Part shown: positions 12,176 to 24,900 of the stretch, in pieces
How the letters are laid out: each line of letters opens with the position of its first letter
How positions within the stretch are numbered: the first letter of the stretch is position 1
Assembly (NCBI GenBank): GCA_964016885.1
Contig: OZ024741.1
Span: 413,664,001-413,728,000, forward strand
DNA from: Eledone cirrhosa
Lineage: Eukaryota
DNA length: 64,000 nucleotides
Direction of reading: 5' to 3'
Notes under the pieces: model-generated
What the model was told of the DNA's origin: nothing
Databases searched by the model: none
What the model saw: only the letters and a program-made list of their open reading frames with translations
Made by a program: the position numbers and the translations under genes

Positions 12176-13595
12176 AACATAGACAGTGTCATTCATTAGA
12201 ATTATGGTAATGGAAAGGTTAAACAACATAGACAGTGTCTTACATTAGAAATATGGTAATGAAAGGGTTAAACAACATAGACAGTGTCTTACATTAGAAA
12301 TATGGTAATGGAAGGGTTAAACAACATAGACAGTGTCTTTCATTAGAAATATGGTAATGAAAGGGTTAAACAACATAGACAGTGTCTTTCATTAGAAATA
12401 TGGTAATGGAAGGGTTAAACAACATAGACAGTGTCTTTCATTAGAAATATGGTAATGGAAGGGTTAAACAACATAGACAGTGTCTTTCATTAGAAATATG
12501 GTAATGAAAGGGTTAAACAACATAGACAGTGTCTTACATTAGAAATATTGTAATGGAAGGGTTAAACAACATAGACAGTGTCTTTCATTAGAAATATGGT
12601 AATGAAAGGGTTAAACAACATAGACAGTGTCTTACATTAGAAATATGGTAATTAAAGGGTTAAACAACATAGACAGTGTCTTACATTAGAAATATGGTAA
12701 TGGAAGGGTTAAACAACATAGACAGTGTCTTTCATTAGAAATATGGTAATGAAAGGGTTAAACAACATAGACAGTGTCTTTCATTAGAAATATGGTAATG
12801 GAAGGGTTAAACAACATAGACAGTGTCTTTCATTAGAAATATGGTAATGGAAGGGTTAAACAACATAGACAGTGTCTTTCATTAGAAATATGGTAATGAA
12901 AGGGTTAAACAACATAGACAGTGTCTTACATTAGAAATATTGTAATGGAAGGGTTAAACAACATAGACAGTGTCTTTCATTAGAAATATGGTAATGAAAG
13001 GGTTAAACAACATAGACAGTGTCTTACATTAGAAATATGGTAATTAAAGGGTTAAACAACATAGACAGTGTCTTTCATTAGAAATATGGTAATTAAAGGG
13101 TTAAACAACATAGACAGTGTCTTTCATTAGAAATATGGTAATTAAAGGGTTAAACAACATAGACAGTGTCTTTCATTAGAAATATGGTAATGAAACGGTT
13201 AAACAACATAGACAGTGTCTTTCATTAGAAATATGGTAATAAAAGGGTTAAACAACATAGACAGTGTCTTTCATTAGAAATATGCTAATGAAAGGGTTAA
13301 ACAACATAGACAGTGTCTTTCATTAGAAATATGATAATTAAAGGGTTAAACAACATAGACAGTGTCTTACATTAGAAATATAGTAATGAAAGGGTTAAAC
13401 AACATAGACAGTGTCTTACATTAGAAATATGGTAATGAAAGGGTTAAACAACATAGACAGTGTCTTACATTAGAAATATAGTAATGAAAGGGTTAAACAA
13501 CATAGACAGTGTCTTTCATTAGAAATATGGTAATTAAAGGGTTAAACAACATAGACAGTGTCTTTTATTAGAAATATGGTAATGAAGGGGTTAAT
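12176..13595 (+). repeat. 49-bp satellite (~29 copies) made of one terminus of a TTAA-flanked MITE
   Basis: Unit AGACAGTGTCTTTCATTAGAAATATGGTAATGAAAGGGTTAAACAACAT; reverse complement matches dispersed copies at ~4386-4425, ~19882-19920 and ~20435-20470 (TTAACCCTT...). Confidence 0.95.
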
Positions 13596-14114
13596 ACAGA
13601 TTTTTACATAAAATTCAGATGGAAAGTTTTAAGATAAATATAAACATTTCAAAATAAACAGTTTGGTAATTTAGAAGTGCGAGGGAGCAGTTCCAGGTTG
13701 TTTGGTAGAGTGTTAATCCAGAATACCCTGTAAGAATTACTATATCTCCACAATAATAATAATATGCCAGAATTTGACATTTAATTGTTATTGTAAGAAG
13801 TTTGTTGTAAGAAGTCTCTCCATTTGCGGCTGAGAAACTGTGTTACTGTCAGTGTTTCACATGCTGTGTAGTTTGACTTTTGGGGTGAGAGAAACTTTCT
13901 CATCAGTCCCTCTGGCCTTCCCCCTCCTTCATCGCCACCTTGTGGCATCCCTACCCCCTCAACCACCTCTCTGATGTCAACAAATATGGAGAGTTTGAGA
14001 ACTTGACAAACAACTAATATTCCATCGAATTCATTATGTGTGTGGGTGTATATATACATTTGTATGTATATACATATATATATATACATATGTATATATG
14101 TGTGTGTATATTGG

Positions 14115-14147
<33 letters not shown>

Positions 14148-14150
<3 letters not shown>

Positions 14151-14816
14151 TCATCATCATCACCGTTTTACGTCCGTTCTTCCACGCTACCGTGGGTTAG
14201 ACGGGTTGTCCTGTGTTGGGCAGTGTCTGGTCGGCTGACCATGCCTTGCTCATACAGGAACTGATCTGGCTTGATTTCTACAGCTGGATGCCCTTCCTAA
14301 AACCAACCTCATTTACAGTGAGTGCTGGGTGCTTTTTCGTGGCGCCTACACGTCCACTTTACAGTGTGGGCTGGGTGCTTTTTTTGCCGTGGCACCTCCA
14401 CGACTACCTTGCGGTGGGGGGGAGTGGGGGCATATTGTTTATATGCTTCAGCATGTACCCATGGGAGGTAGGGTACTCTGTATTACTGCGTGACGCCAGA
14501 AGTCACGGTCGTGTGTCATTGTCTTTGAGAGGTGTAGTTGGGTAAGGTCGGCTTTTATCACCTCATCCCAAGTCATCTTGGGTCTCCCCACTCCGCGGTT
14601 TCCATCAACTTCTAGTGCTCTGCACCTTTTTATGCAGCTGTCATCCTTCATACGCATCACATGTCCATACCAGCGTAACTGCCTCTCCTGCACGCAGCAT
14701 TTGATTCCTCTTATGCTCAGTCTCTCTCTCAATTCCTTTATGCTTTGTCGTTCACGTATATTACTGTTACACATCCATCGGAGCATGCAGGCTTCGTTTC
14801 TCTCTAATCTATGTAA

Positions 14817-14820
<4 letters not shown>
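14148..14820 (-). mobile_element. Short 5'-truncated RTE LINE copy
   Basis: RLERNEACMLRWMC...RWYGHVMRM translation, 3' UTR and (GAT)n tail. Confidence 0.93.
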
Positions 14821-14856
<36 letters not shown>

Positions 14857-14858
<2 letters not shown>

Positions 14859-15113
14859 GCACATGGCTTGAGCAAGAGGCTTTATTTCACATTGCTCCAG
14901 TTTACTCAGCTGTAGAAATGAGATGATAGGGACTGGGGTCTCTATCATTCCACTGCAAAGTGGTCGTGGAGGTGCCACGGCAAAAAAGCACGCACCACTC
15001 ACTGTAAATGAGGTTGGTGTTAGGAAGGGCATCCAGCTGTAGAAATCAAGCCAGAATCAGTTCCCGTCCCACACTTGCAAGCAGGGAAAAGCGGACGTAA
15101 AATGAAATGATGA
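14857..15113 (+). mobile_element. CORE-type SINE with RTE tail; tRNA head internally deleted
   Basis: Near-identical to 27917-28247 but lacks the segment between GAGGCACATGGCT and TGAGCAAG. Confidence 0.85.
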
Positions 15114-15129
15114 TATCTGTCCTACACCA

Positions 15130-15260
15130 TCTTATTTTTGTGTGCTGTGTGCATGCGTTATATCCATGTGTGTGTGTTTTTATTTATCTATTTATACGTT
15201 TATTTACTTGTCACTAGTTGGTTGTTTGTTCTATGTGTGTGTGTCTGGTTTGATTTATAG
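15130..15260 (-). mobile_element. Degenerate fragment of a Penelope-like 3' non-coding region
   Basis: Similar to the reverse complement of 62360-62510 (GTGTGCT..GCATGCG..ATCC..; TTGGTTGTTTGTTCTATGTGTGTGTG). Confidence 0.55.
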
Positions 15261-15621
15261 ATAAAGACATACAGAGATAAAGATATACAAAGGTATGTCT
15301 TTATCTTGTCTTTAGTTACTAGTTATGATGTGTTGCTATTCCACTCATGTTTTCTGTTTAGTTTTGGTTAGAGTTTGTTTATGTTTGTTGCTTCTGTAAT
15401 CTGTTGGAGCATTGTGTCTTTTCAGTATGTGGAACGCCAATCACATTGTGTTCTTGAGCAAGACATTTAATTTCACATTGCTTTTCATGTTATGATTGAA
15501 GCCTCTGTCATTAAAACACCCAAGAAACCTCCTATGAGATATACCCAGAAAGGAGGTCAGCAAACCTTGCACAGGTTTGAGCTGAAAATTTAAAATGCGC
15601 ACTGAACTCCTATACATGTCT

Positions 15622-17065
15622 GTTACTGGTATCAGTCAATAGACTGTGGCCATGATGGGGCACCACATTCTGTTACTGGTATCAGTCAGTAGACTGTGGC
15701 CATGATGGGGTACCACATTCTGTTACTGGTATCAGTCAATAGACTGTGGCCATGATGGGGCACCACATTCTGTTACTGGTATCAGTCAATAGACTGTGGC
15801 CATGATGGGGCACCACATTCTGTTACTGGTATCAGTCAATAGACTGTGGCCATACTGGGGCACCACATTCTGTTACTGGTTTCAGTCTTAGACTGTGGCC
15901 ATACTGGGGCACCACATTCTGTTACTAGTATCAGTCAATAGACTGTGGCCATACTGGGGCACCACATTCTGTTACTAGCATCAGTCATTAGACTGTGGCC
16001 ATACTGGGGCACCACATTCTGTTACTGGTATCAGTCAATAGACTGTGGCCATACTGGGGCACCACATTCTGTTACTAGTATCAGTCAATAGACTGTGGCC
16101 ATACTGGGACACCACATTCTGTTACTGGTATCAGTCATTAGACTGTGGCCATACTGGGGCACCACATTCTGTTACTAGTATCAGTCATTAGACTGTGGCC
16201 ATACTGGGGCACCACATTCTGTTACTAGTATCAGTCATTAGACTGTGGCCATACTGGGGCACCACATTCTGTTACTGGTATCAGTCAATAGACTGTGGCC
16301 ATACTGGGGCACCACATTCTGTTACTGGTATCAGTCATTAGACTGTGGCCATACTGGGGCACCACATTCTGTTACTAGCATCAGTCATTAGACTGTGGCC
16401 ATACTGGGGCACCACATTCTGTTACTAGTATCAGTCAATAGACTGTGGCCATACTGGGGCACCACATTCTGTTACTGGTATCAGTCATTAGACTGTGGCC
16501 ATACTGGGGCACCACATTCTGTTACTAGCATCAGTCATTAGACTGTGACCATACTGGGGCACCACATTCTGTTACTAGTATCAGTCAATAGACTGTGGCC
16601 ATACTGGGGCACCACATTCTGTTACTAGCATCAGTCATTAGACTGTGGCCATGATGGGGCACCACATTCTGTTACTAGTATCAGTCAATAGACTGTGGCC
16701 ATACTGGGGCACCACATTCTGTTACTAGTATCAGTCAATAGACTGTGGCCATACTGGGGCACCACATTCTGTTACTAGCATCAGTCATTAGACTGTGGCC
16801 ATACTGGGGCACCACATTCTGTTACTAGTATCAGTCAATAGACTGTGGCCATACTGGGGCACCACATTCTGTTACTAGTATCAGTCAATAGACTGTGGCC
16901 ATGATGGGGCACCACATTCTGTTACTAGTATCAGTCAATAGACTGTGGCCATACTGGGGCACCACATTCTGTTACTAGTATCAGTCAATAGACTGTGGCC
17001 ATACTGGGGCACCACATTCTGTTACTAGTATCAGTCAATAGACTGTGGCCATACTGGGGCACCAC
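15622..17065 (+). repeat. 50-bp satellite (~29 copies), unit resembling a SINE segment
   Basis: Unit TGTTACTAGTATCAGTCAATAGACTGTGGCCATACTGGGGCACCACATTC; related motif in inverse orientation at 6895-7050. Confidence 0.95.
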
Positions 17066-17619
17066 TATGATTTAGTCAATCAACGTAAACTCTTATATTT
17101 TCATGTCTGGCATTTATTTAATCAAACTCTTTCTTGTTTAACTTAAGTGATGTGAAATAAACACACACTCTCTCTCTCTATCTCTCTCTCTCTCACACAC
17201 ACACTCACTCTCTCTCTCTCACACACACACACTCTCTCACACACACATAGATATGCCTCACTTCAGCAGCTTCTTTCTCCTAAATCCCCCTCTTAAATCA
17301 TTGGTCAACCCAAGGTTATAGTAAAGCCCAAGAATCACAAGGTTGCAATCCAAACTCTTTAACCACAAAGCCATTCCTGTGCCTATCAGAACTGATCTAA
17401 GTTTAAATGTTTATGAAGAATTTACACAAGATCTAAGCACCCTTATTTTTCAGAGATATGGGTTTAAATTTGAATAAAATCTCACATTTCTTCATTTAAA
17501 CCACATACTCAGTGCAACTTGTAGCATGATACCAGTGACTAAACCAAGCAGGATTTTAGGGCCTCCTGTGAGATGAAAAACAAAGTTTGTCAAAGGGTAG
17601 AGGAACTGAGGAGAGTCAA

Positions 17620-17985
17620 CAGTCACCCTTCTTTTTCCTCTATACAATCTGTTACCGTTGCCATGACAAAGTTCCTCGTCTGGCTCACCTTGTCCAGCAT
17701 TGCCCTCTGCCTCTAACCCGATGTTATCTTCAAGAAAATCCTTCAGTGTTATGGTTGGTCTCCTCATCTGTATACATCAGGTTTCCAGTGAGTTCATTGT
17801 GACATTTCACATGTCCAGCTAAGCCTACTATGCCTTACGATGTCAGAAAGGTGAAAGTGTGTACCATAGAGCGATTTCTTTGCTTTCTGTGTTCTCCAGG
17901 ATCTGTTCTGGACCTTTCTCAGCGTTTGCCTGAATGTGGCCATTAATCCTCTTTGGGAGTGTTTTTAAGTGTCCTAGATGTCCAT
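17620..17985 (-). mobile_element. Old decayed RTE/RTE-X LINE 3' fragment
   Basis: Frameshifted translation SWRTQK..LYG..LSDIVRHSR.LAGHV..HNEL..RRPTITLKDFLEDNIGL. Confidence 0.6.
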
Positions 17986-17994
17986 ATAATAATA

Positions 17995-18195
17995 ATTATA
18001 ATTGTTTCTACTTTTGGCACAAGGCCAGCAATTACCACAGTACATTACTGGTACTTTATTTTATCAACCCCGTAAGGATGAAAGGCAAAGTTAACCTCGG
18101 CGGGATTTGAACTCAGAATGGCAAGGGCCGTAACTCTATGCATCAAAGCATGGTGTCAGACCCTCTACCGATACTGCCAATCCACTGCCCCTTAT
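17995..18195 (-). mobile_element. tRNA-derived SINE (6004 family)
   Basis: Reverse-complement match to 6004-6197. Confidence 0.85.
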
Positions 18196-18199
18196 ATAA

Positions 18200-18420
18200 T
18201 AATAATAATGAAAATTATTGTGTACAGTACTCAGGTGCACTACAATTCATCAAAGGTGCATGTATAGTACATAGAATAATATACAAATGTCAGGAAAGTG
18301 AACAGTGTGTGAGTCATGATATACACAGATACATGCATGTGTATGGAGGGGGTTTATCAGGTGTAGTGTTGGTGAATTTCAGGAAGCATGGAAGTTTTGA
18401 AGGATGCAGTGTCCTGCTAA
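18200..18420 (-). mobile_element. CR1/L2-like LINE 3' tail fragment
   Basis: TGCATCCTTCAAAACTTCCATGC...GTGCACCTGAGTACTGTACACAATAATTTTC(ATT)n, recognisable LINE-tail architecture. Confidence 0.55.
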
Positions 18421-18974
18421 CATATATGTCTATGTTGTGGACTGTCCCTTGAAACCTGAACAAACTGAAGATTAAGAACAAATTTACGAAAGGCATCCCA
18501 GATAGAATTGTAATGAAAGCAACATTTTTCAGAGATGTGGTGTCAAATTAGGACTGAAATCTCACCTTCACTTAAAACACAAACTAAAACTGTCCCTCAT
18601 TTAGTTGTTTCTCTAAATCCCAGTAGACTTGGCACATTTCTATATACAGCCCATCGTCATCATCATCATCTTCATTTAACATCTATCTTCCACACTAGCA
18701 TATAGTTATATATCAATATTGATAGAAGAACCCGCTCCCGCTCTCCCCCACCCCACCACTATATAAACACCAGTCTCTCGCAGTCTGCCACTCTACAACC
18801 TACATTCAATGGCAATTATCCAATCAGACAAGAATTAGTGATGGAGAAATATTTATTATTTCTTTATTGTTGCTTTCAAAATTTTTTATTTCCAATTGTA
18901 TAATTAAAATAAATCTGTTGACTATTGGGTCACTGGCTCACATCCTGTCCTCTCCTGGACTGCACTTATATATA

Positions 18975-19262
18975 CCCCACCACACATCACCACCACTACC
19001 ACACCACCACCACCACTACCACTACACATCACCACCACCAGTACCACTACCACACCACCACCACTACTACCACTACACATCACCAGTACCACTACCACAC
19101 CACCACCACTACTACCACCACACATCACCACACACCTCCACACATCACCTACTACCACCACCACTACCACACCACCACCACTATCACACCACTGCACATC
19201 ACCACACACCTCCACCTACTACCACCACACATCACCACAGACTTCCACTTACCACCACCACC
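18975..19262. repeat. (CAC/TAC)n low-complexity tract
   Basis: Direct inspection; His/Thr/Pro ORFs are artefacts. Confidence 0.95.
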
Positions 19263-19514
19263 CTCACAAATATATTTTCCAGTCTGTTTTGGCTGAATCC
19301 TGAGGAAGTTAACCACAATAAATCTCAACTTCCGTTTATACGACAGGTTTCATTTATTTTATTTTATGTTTTTATCAGACAATAATTAGTACGAGAAAAA
19401 TGAGGGTAATTAAACTAAGTAAATGATTGTCTCCCTTTCTTTGGGGTGACTCAGTACTGAGTTGTTGAGTAGTTATAATTTGACAATACAATTAATATTA
19501 GAGGAACTAGGATG

Positions 19515-19900
19515 ATTAACACTTTTGTTACCAACCAGAAACCAACCCCTTGTTCTACAATACTAAGCTACTTATTTTAACCCTTTTGTTACCAACCAGA
19601 AACCAACCCCTTGTTCTACAATACTAAGCTACTTATTTTAACCCTTTTGTTACCAACCAGAAACCAACCCCTTGTTCTACAATACTAAGCTACTTATTTT
19701 AACCCTTTTGTTACCAACCAGAAACCAACCCCTTGTTCTACAATACTAAGCTACTTATTTTAACCCTTTTGTTACCAACCAGAAACCAACCCCTTGTTAT
19801 CCAATACTAAGCTACTTATTTTAACCCTTTTGTTACCAACCAGAAACCAACCCCTTGTTCTACAATACTAAGCTACTTATTTTAACCCTTTTGTTACCAC
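19515..19900 (+). repeat. 61-bp tandem repeat (6 copies) beginning with a TTAACCCTTTTGTTACC MITE terminus
   Basis: Unit TTAACCCTTTTGTTACCAACCAGAAACCAACCCCTTGTTCTACAATACTAAGCTACTTATT. Confidence 0.95.
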
Positions 19901-19977
19901 ATTTCTAGCAAAAGACACTGCCTATAATTTTCTTTCTCAGGTAATTTTGAAAATATTCCAGAATTTGGAGGCATTTA

Positions 19978-20355
19978 ATAATGGTTTCTGACTTAGGCAC
20001 AAGGCCAACGATTTTGGAGGAGGAGAAAGTTGATTAAAATGACACCAGTGCATCACTGGTACTTCATTTATCTACCCCATAAGGATGAAAGACAAAGTTA
20101 ACCTCGGTGTGATTTGAACTCAGAACACTATGCCATGAACCAGAGTGTCCAACACTCTAACAAGGCATTTAATAATTGTTTCTACTATTGGCACAAGGCC
20201 AGCAATTACCCAGTACATTACTGGTACTTTATTTTATGGACCCCGTAAGGATGAAAGGCAAAGTTAACCTCAGCGGGATTTGGACTCAGAATAGCAAGGG
20301 CCGTAACTCTATACGTCAAAGCATGGCGTCCGACCCTCTACCGATACTGCCAATT
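19978..20355 (-). mobile_element. Two adjacent tRNA-derived SINEs (6004 family)
   Basis: Two copies of GGCACAAGGCCA...CTGGTACTT...AAGGATGAAAGGCAAAGTTAACCTC..GATTTGAACTCAG. Confidence 0.85.
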
Positions 20356-21799
20356 CAATACAACTAACTTTCTCATTATTAAGCTGCGGTTTGGAACATA
20401 ACTTAACAAAGGTTTTTCAATAAATATAAACACTTTAACCCTTCCGTTATCATATTTCTAATAAAAGACTCTTCCTATAATTTTCAAATAATTTTGAAGA
20501 TAGTCAAGAATTTGGAGGGATTTAGTAATACAACTTACTTATAAATATATACTAACATATTTCTAATGGTAGACATCATCCCTCCACTCACAGATATCAC
20601 CCCCTCCCCTTGCGAACATTACCTCCTCCCCTCACAGACATCATCCCCTCCCCTCACGGACATCACCCCCTCCCCTCACGGACATCACCCATGACATTAC
20701 ACTTGTCACCCCACCCACCCAACATATCCTACTTATCATCCACCTTACCCCCTCCTTCACACCTGCCCCTTCCATAATGTAGGGAGGGCTCTTTGTACTC
20801 TTTGTAATGGGGTTAGTATCATGAAGGGCTCCCAGCCATAGAAAGCATACCAAATGAAGTTTGAGAGAGCTTCTAGTCACACAAGAAGCTCCCTAGTGCA
20901 CCCAAAACATTATGTAAGGGGGTTGGTGATAGGAAGGGCATCTGGGTGCCCAAACAAAGGATCTGGAAGACTTTTCAGTTGTATTGAAGGTAACTTCGTT
21001 GGAGTTTGTGCCATGATAAAATACATTCTACAAAGGGAAGAAAGACAAGGCAACCTCTCTAGTGCTGGTGCCATGATATATTTATTTCAACATCTGTATA
21101 GAGCTAGTAAACTATGACAGACTAGGGGGAGTATTGAGTACTCCTTACAGTTGGTAATCAAAAAGATCTATTTAACACCCAAGGTAGCCCTATAATGTAT
21201 ACCTGGGTATTTAATACCCAAGGATAGCCCCTAGGATGTGTGCCTGGGTATTTAACACTCAAGATTGCCCAACACTGCTACACAGCAAAGTTGTTTAGTG
21301 ATTTATTTGTTGATCACAAGAAATTATTTTTTATTTAAGTTAATTATAAAAATATGTATAAAACTGATTTAGTAATACACCTGTCTGAGCTACCCTAGTT
21401 GGCCTTAATGGTACTCCTGGCTCTACACACCTTTTTGTCTGGCATTCTAACCTTTCCTAGATTCTCAAATTTATTAAAGAACAACTGAAACCTTTCCCTA
21501 CATCAAAGGCCTGAAATCCTAATCATTCTGCTCTCATCAACATCATCATTATCATCATCATCAACAACACTTCACTACTATCACCATCACCACCATCATT
21601 ACCATGACTACCATCGTCCCCACCATCATCACTACACCACTACTGCCATCATGTCTTGTTTCTGCTAGTTAATTATCCCTTCCCTCCTCTCTCTTTAATT
21701 ACTCTAATTAAAATCAACTCTGTTCAGCGAACAAGCTCTTACATTGACAGGTGTTTACCTAACAAAACAACTGTCCGAATTGTCAACATCTGTTTACAG

Positions 21800-21945
21800 A
21801 CAGATGTGGTTGTGTGTTTAAAAAGTTGCTTCACAATCACTGGATTTCAAGATCATTCCCACTGCACTGTCACCTTAGGCAAGTCTCTTCTACTATAACC
21901 CTTGATTAGCCAATGCTTTGTCTGTGGAATTTGGTAGTGGAAACA
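21800..21945 (+). mobile_element. Decayed CORE-SINE
   Basis: tRNA-like head then CACCTTAGGCAAGTCTCTTCTACTATA core-like segment; inverse copy near 17250-17390. Confidence 0.65.
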
Positions 21946-21967
21946 TACACATATATATATATATATA

Positions 21968-24900
21968 TCATCATCATCATCATCATCATCACCGTTTTAC
22001 GTCCGTTCTTCCATGCTAGCATGGGTTAGACGGGTTGTCCTGTTGTGGGCAGTGTCTGGTCGGCTGACCATGCCTTGCTCATACAGGAACTGATTTTGGC
22101 TTGATTTCTACAGCTGGATGCCCTTCCTAACATCAACCTCATTTACAGTGAGTGCTGGGTGCTTTTTCTGTGGCGCCTACACGTCCACTTTACAGTGTGG
22201 GCTGGGTGCTTTTTTGCCGTGGCACCTCCACGACCACCTTGCAGTGGGGAGGGGTGCATATTGTCTATATGCTTCAGCTTGTACCCGTGGGAGGTCGGGT
22301 ACTCTGTATTACTGCGTGATGCCAGAGGTCACGGTCGTGTGTCATCGCCTTTGAGAGGTGTAATTGGGTAAGGTCGGCTTTTATCACCTCATCCCAGGTC
22401 CTCTTGGGTCTCCCCACTCCACGGTTTCCATTGACTTCTAGTGCTCTGCACCTTTTTATGCAGCTGTCATCCTTCATACGCATCACATGTCCATACCAAT
22501 GCAACCTCCTCTCCTGCACACAGCATTTGATTCCTCTTATGCTCAGTCTCTCTCTCAATTCATTTATGCTTTGTCGTTCGCGTATATTACTATTACACAT
22601 CCATCAGAGCATGCAGGCTTCGTTTCTTTCTAATCTACGTAAGTCTTCCACATTCAGCGCCCAGGTCTCACTACCATGTAACATTGCTGTTCGGATACAC
22701 GCATCATACAGTCTGCCTTTCATTTTGAGGGAGAAGCCTTTTGCAGCTAGCAGTGGCAGTAGTTCCCTGAACTTCTTCCATCCCGTTCTTACTCTAGTTA
22801 TTGTACTTTCTGAACACCCACCTCCGCTGCTAATTCGGTCAGCTAGGTAGCAGAAGCTGTCTACTGTTTCTACAGAGCCCTCCCAGAGATTGGTGGTACT
22901 TGTTTCCTGTGTCTGTTTGCTGCTTGCTGTCCTAGCACAGCTGCTGCATGTGAAGCCTACATTCTTAATTAAGCTTCCTGAGATCCCGCTACATCTCTTG
23001 TGCACCCATTGTTAGCATTTGGGGCAGAGAATGGAGTTCCTACCTACACCTTTCCTACATACTGAGCAAGGCCATTTCCATGAGGGGATCTGGGTTCTGT
23101 TTTCTCGTCTACTTACAAGGACCTTAGTCTTTGTCATGTTGACTTTGAGACCCTTTCTTTCTATTCCCTGCTTCCAAGTTTGGAATTTCTTCTCTAGTTC
23201 GACCATAGATTCAGCTATAAGTGCGAGGTCATCTGCATACAGGAGTTCCCATGGGCATCCGGTCTTAAACTCCTCCGTTATTGCCTGCAGGACTATGATG
23301 AACAGGAGAGGGCTAAGAACAGAGCCCTGGTGGACACCAACCTGTACGCTAAATTCCTCGCTATACTCATTGCTAATCCTAACTTTGCTGACTGCTCCCC
23401 TATACATGGCTTGTACAGCTTTCACAAGCCATTCATCTACTCCTAGTTTTCTAAGAGTCCACCAGATTACAGCACGTGGAACTCTGTCAAAGGCTTTCTC
23501 GAGATCGACGAATGCCAGGTAGAGTGGCTTACTTTTAGCTAGGTACTTTTCCTGTAACTGCCTCATAAGGAAGAGGGCATCAGTGGTGCCTCTTCCTGAT
23601 GCAAACCCAAATTGCATCTCATCTAGTTTCATCCGGTCCCTAATCAACTGTGCTATAACTCTTTCTGTTACTTTCATGACCTGGTCCATCAGCTTTATAC
23701 CTCTATAGTTTCCTCTATCTGGTGCATCACCTTTACCTTTGTAGCAGTTGACAATGATGCTGCTGCACCAATCTTTTGGTATGACACCTTTTAGTATTAC
23801 CTGGCAGCTATACCCGATGGACCGGTTGCCTTCCCCATCTTCATATCTTTGATTGCCTTACTTACTACGCTGCTGCTGACTTGTACTGCTGGCCCCTCTA
23901 TAGAGTCTACTTGGGGTAGGGTCTCTTCTTCCCATGCATTTTCCTCATTTAGTAATCTATCATAATGGCTCTTCCATGCATCTTTCTTCTCAGCACTTGT
24001 GAGGGCAAGCTCACCTTTATATTTCCAGATACACTTCTCTCCAATGACATCACAATTCTCTCTGACACACTGCCTCGCAATCTTGAACACCTCCTGTTTC
24101 TGGTTCTTACGTTGCAAAACATACTTGAATTTTCTATCCTCTGCTTCCCTCCTAGCTAAGTATACTTGTCGCCTAGCTTCCCTCTTGGTCTCTATGTAAT
24201 GTACCCTGCTCCCCCGTTCTTCCATTCTTTCCATGCCTGTCTCTTGGCCTTAACTGCCTCATCTACCTTATTGTTCCACCACCAAGTCACTCTCCTCCTG
24301 CTTGTGGTCTTACTCCAGCCACAGATCTCATCCGTCACCGCTAATAAGTTATTTTTTAGGAACTCCCAGTGCTCTTCTACATTGAATGTCTGTATCTGTT
24401 CTTCTTTACTGTCATAGGCGTTGAGTAAAATATCTTTAAATCTGTTACTGGCTGAGGGGTATTTCAGCTTCTAGATCTTTCTTCTCCGGGTTGGCCTCTG
24501 TTTCCAGGTTCGTCTAGTTCTGACCGTGAGGTCGCTGACAACTAAGCTATGTTGGGAGGTACATTCCTCACTAGGGTAGGCTTTTGTGTTTACGACCGTC
24601 CATCTGTCACGTCCTCTGATGAGGATAAAATTTATCCGACTAGAATGCTCCCAAGACCTATAGGTGATCAGGTGGTTGTCGGGTTTTTTTAAGTTTGTGT
24701 TACATATCGACATGTCATTGGCGTCGCAGAATTCTAGAAGTCTGAATCCTTCTTCATTTCTTGTGCCAACCACGTGGCCTCCATGGACTCTATTGAAGTC
24801 ATCACAGTGTTTACCTACGTGTCCGTTAAAATCTCCTGCGATAATTAGGAAGTCATTATCGTTTGTTAGAGCAGTAGTGTGCATTAGGGACTCGTAAAAC

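Noticed and set aside
19283-19346. Exon-like segment ttttccAG..CAG|GT (LFWLNPEEVNHNKSQLPFIRQ)
   Set aside because: 64 nt long and out of phase with exons B and C; would frameshift the host gene
18867-19385. His/Pro/Thr-rich ORFs
   Set aside because: (CAC)n low-complexity tract
22404-23522. Long antisense ORFs over RTE copies (also 54091-54984, 59730-60176)
   Set aside because: Shadow ORFs of the LINE coding strand with no independent protein signal
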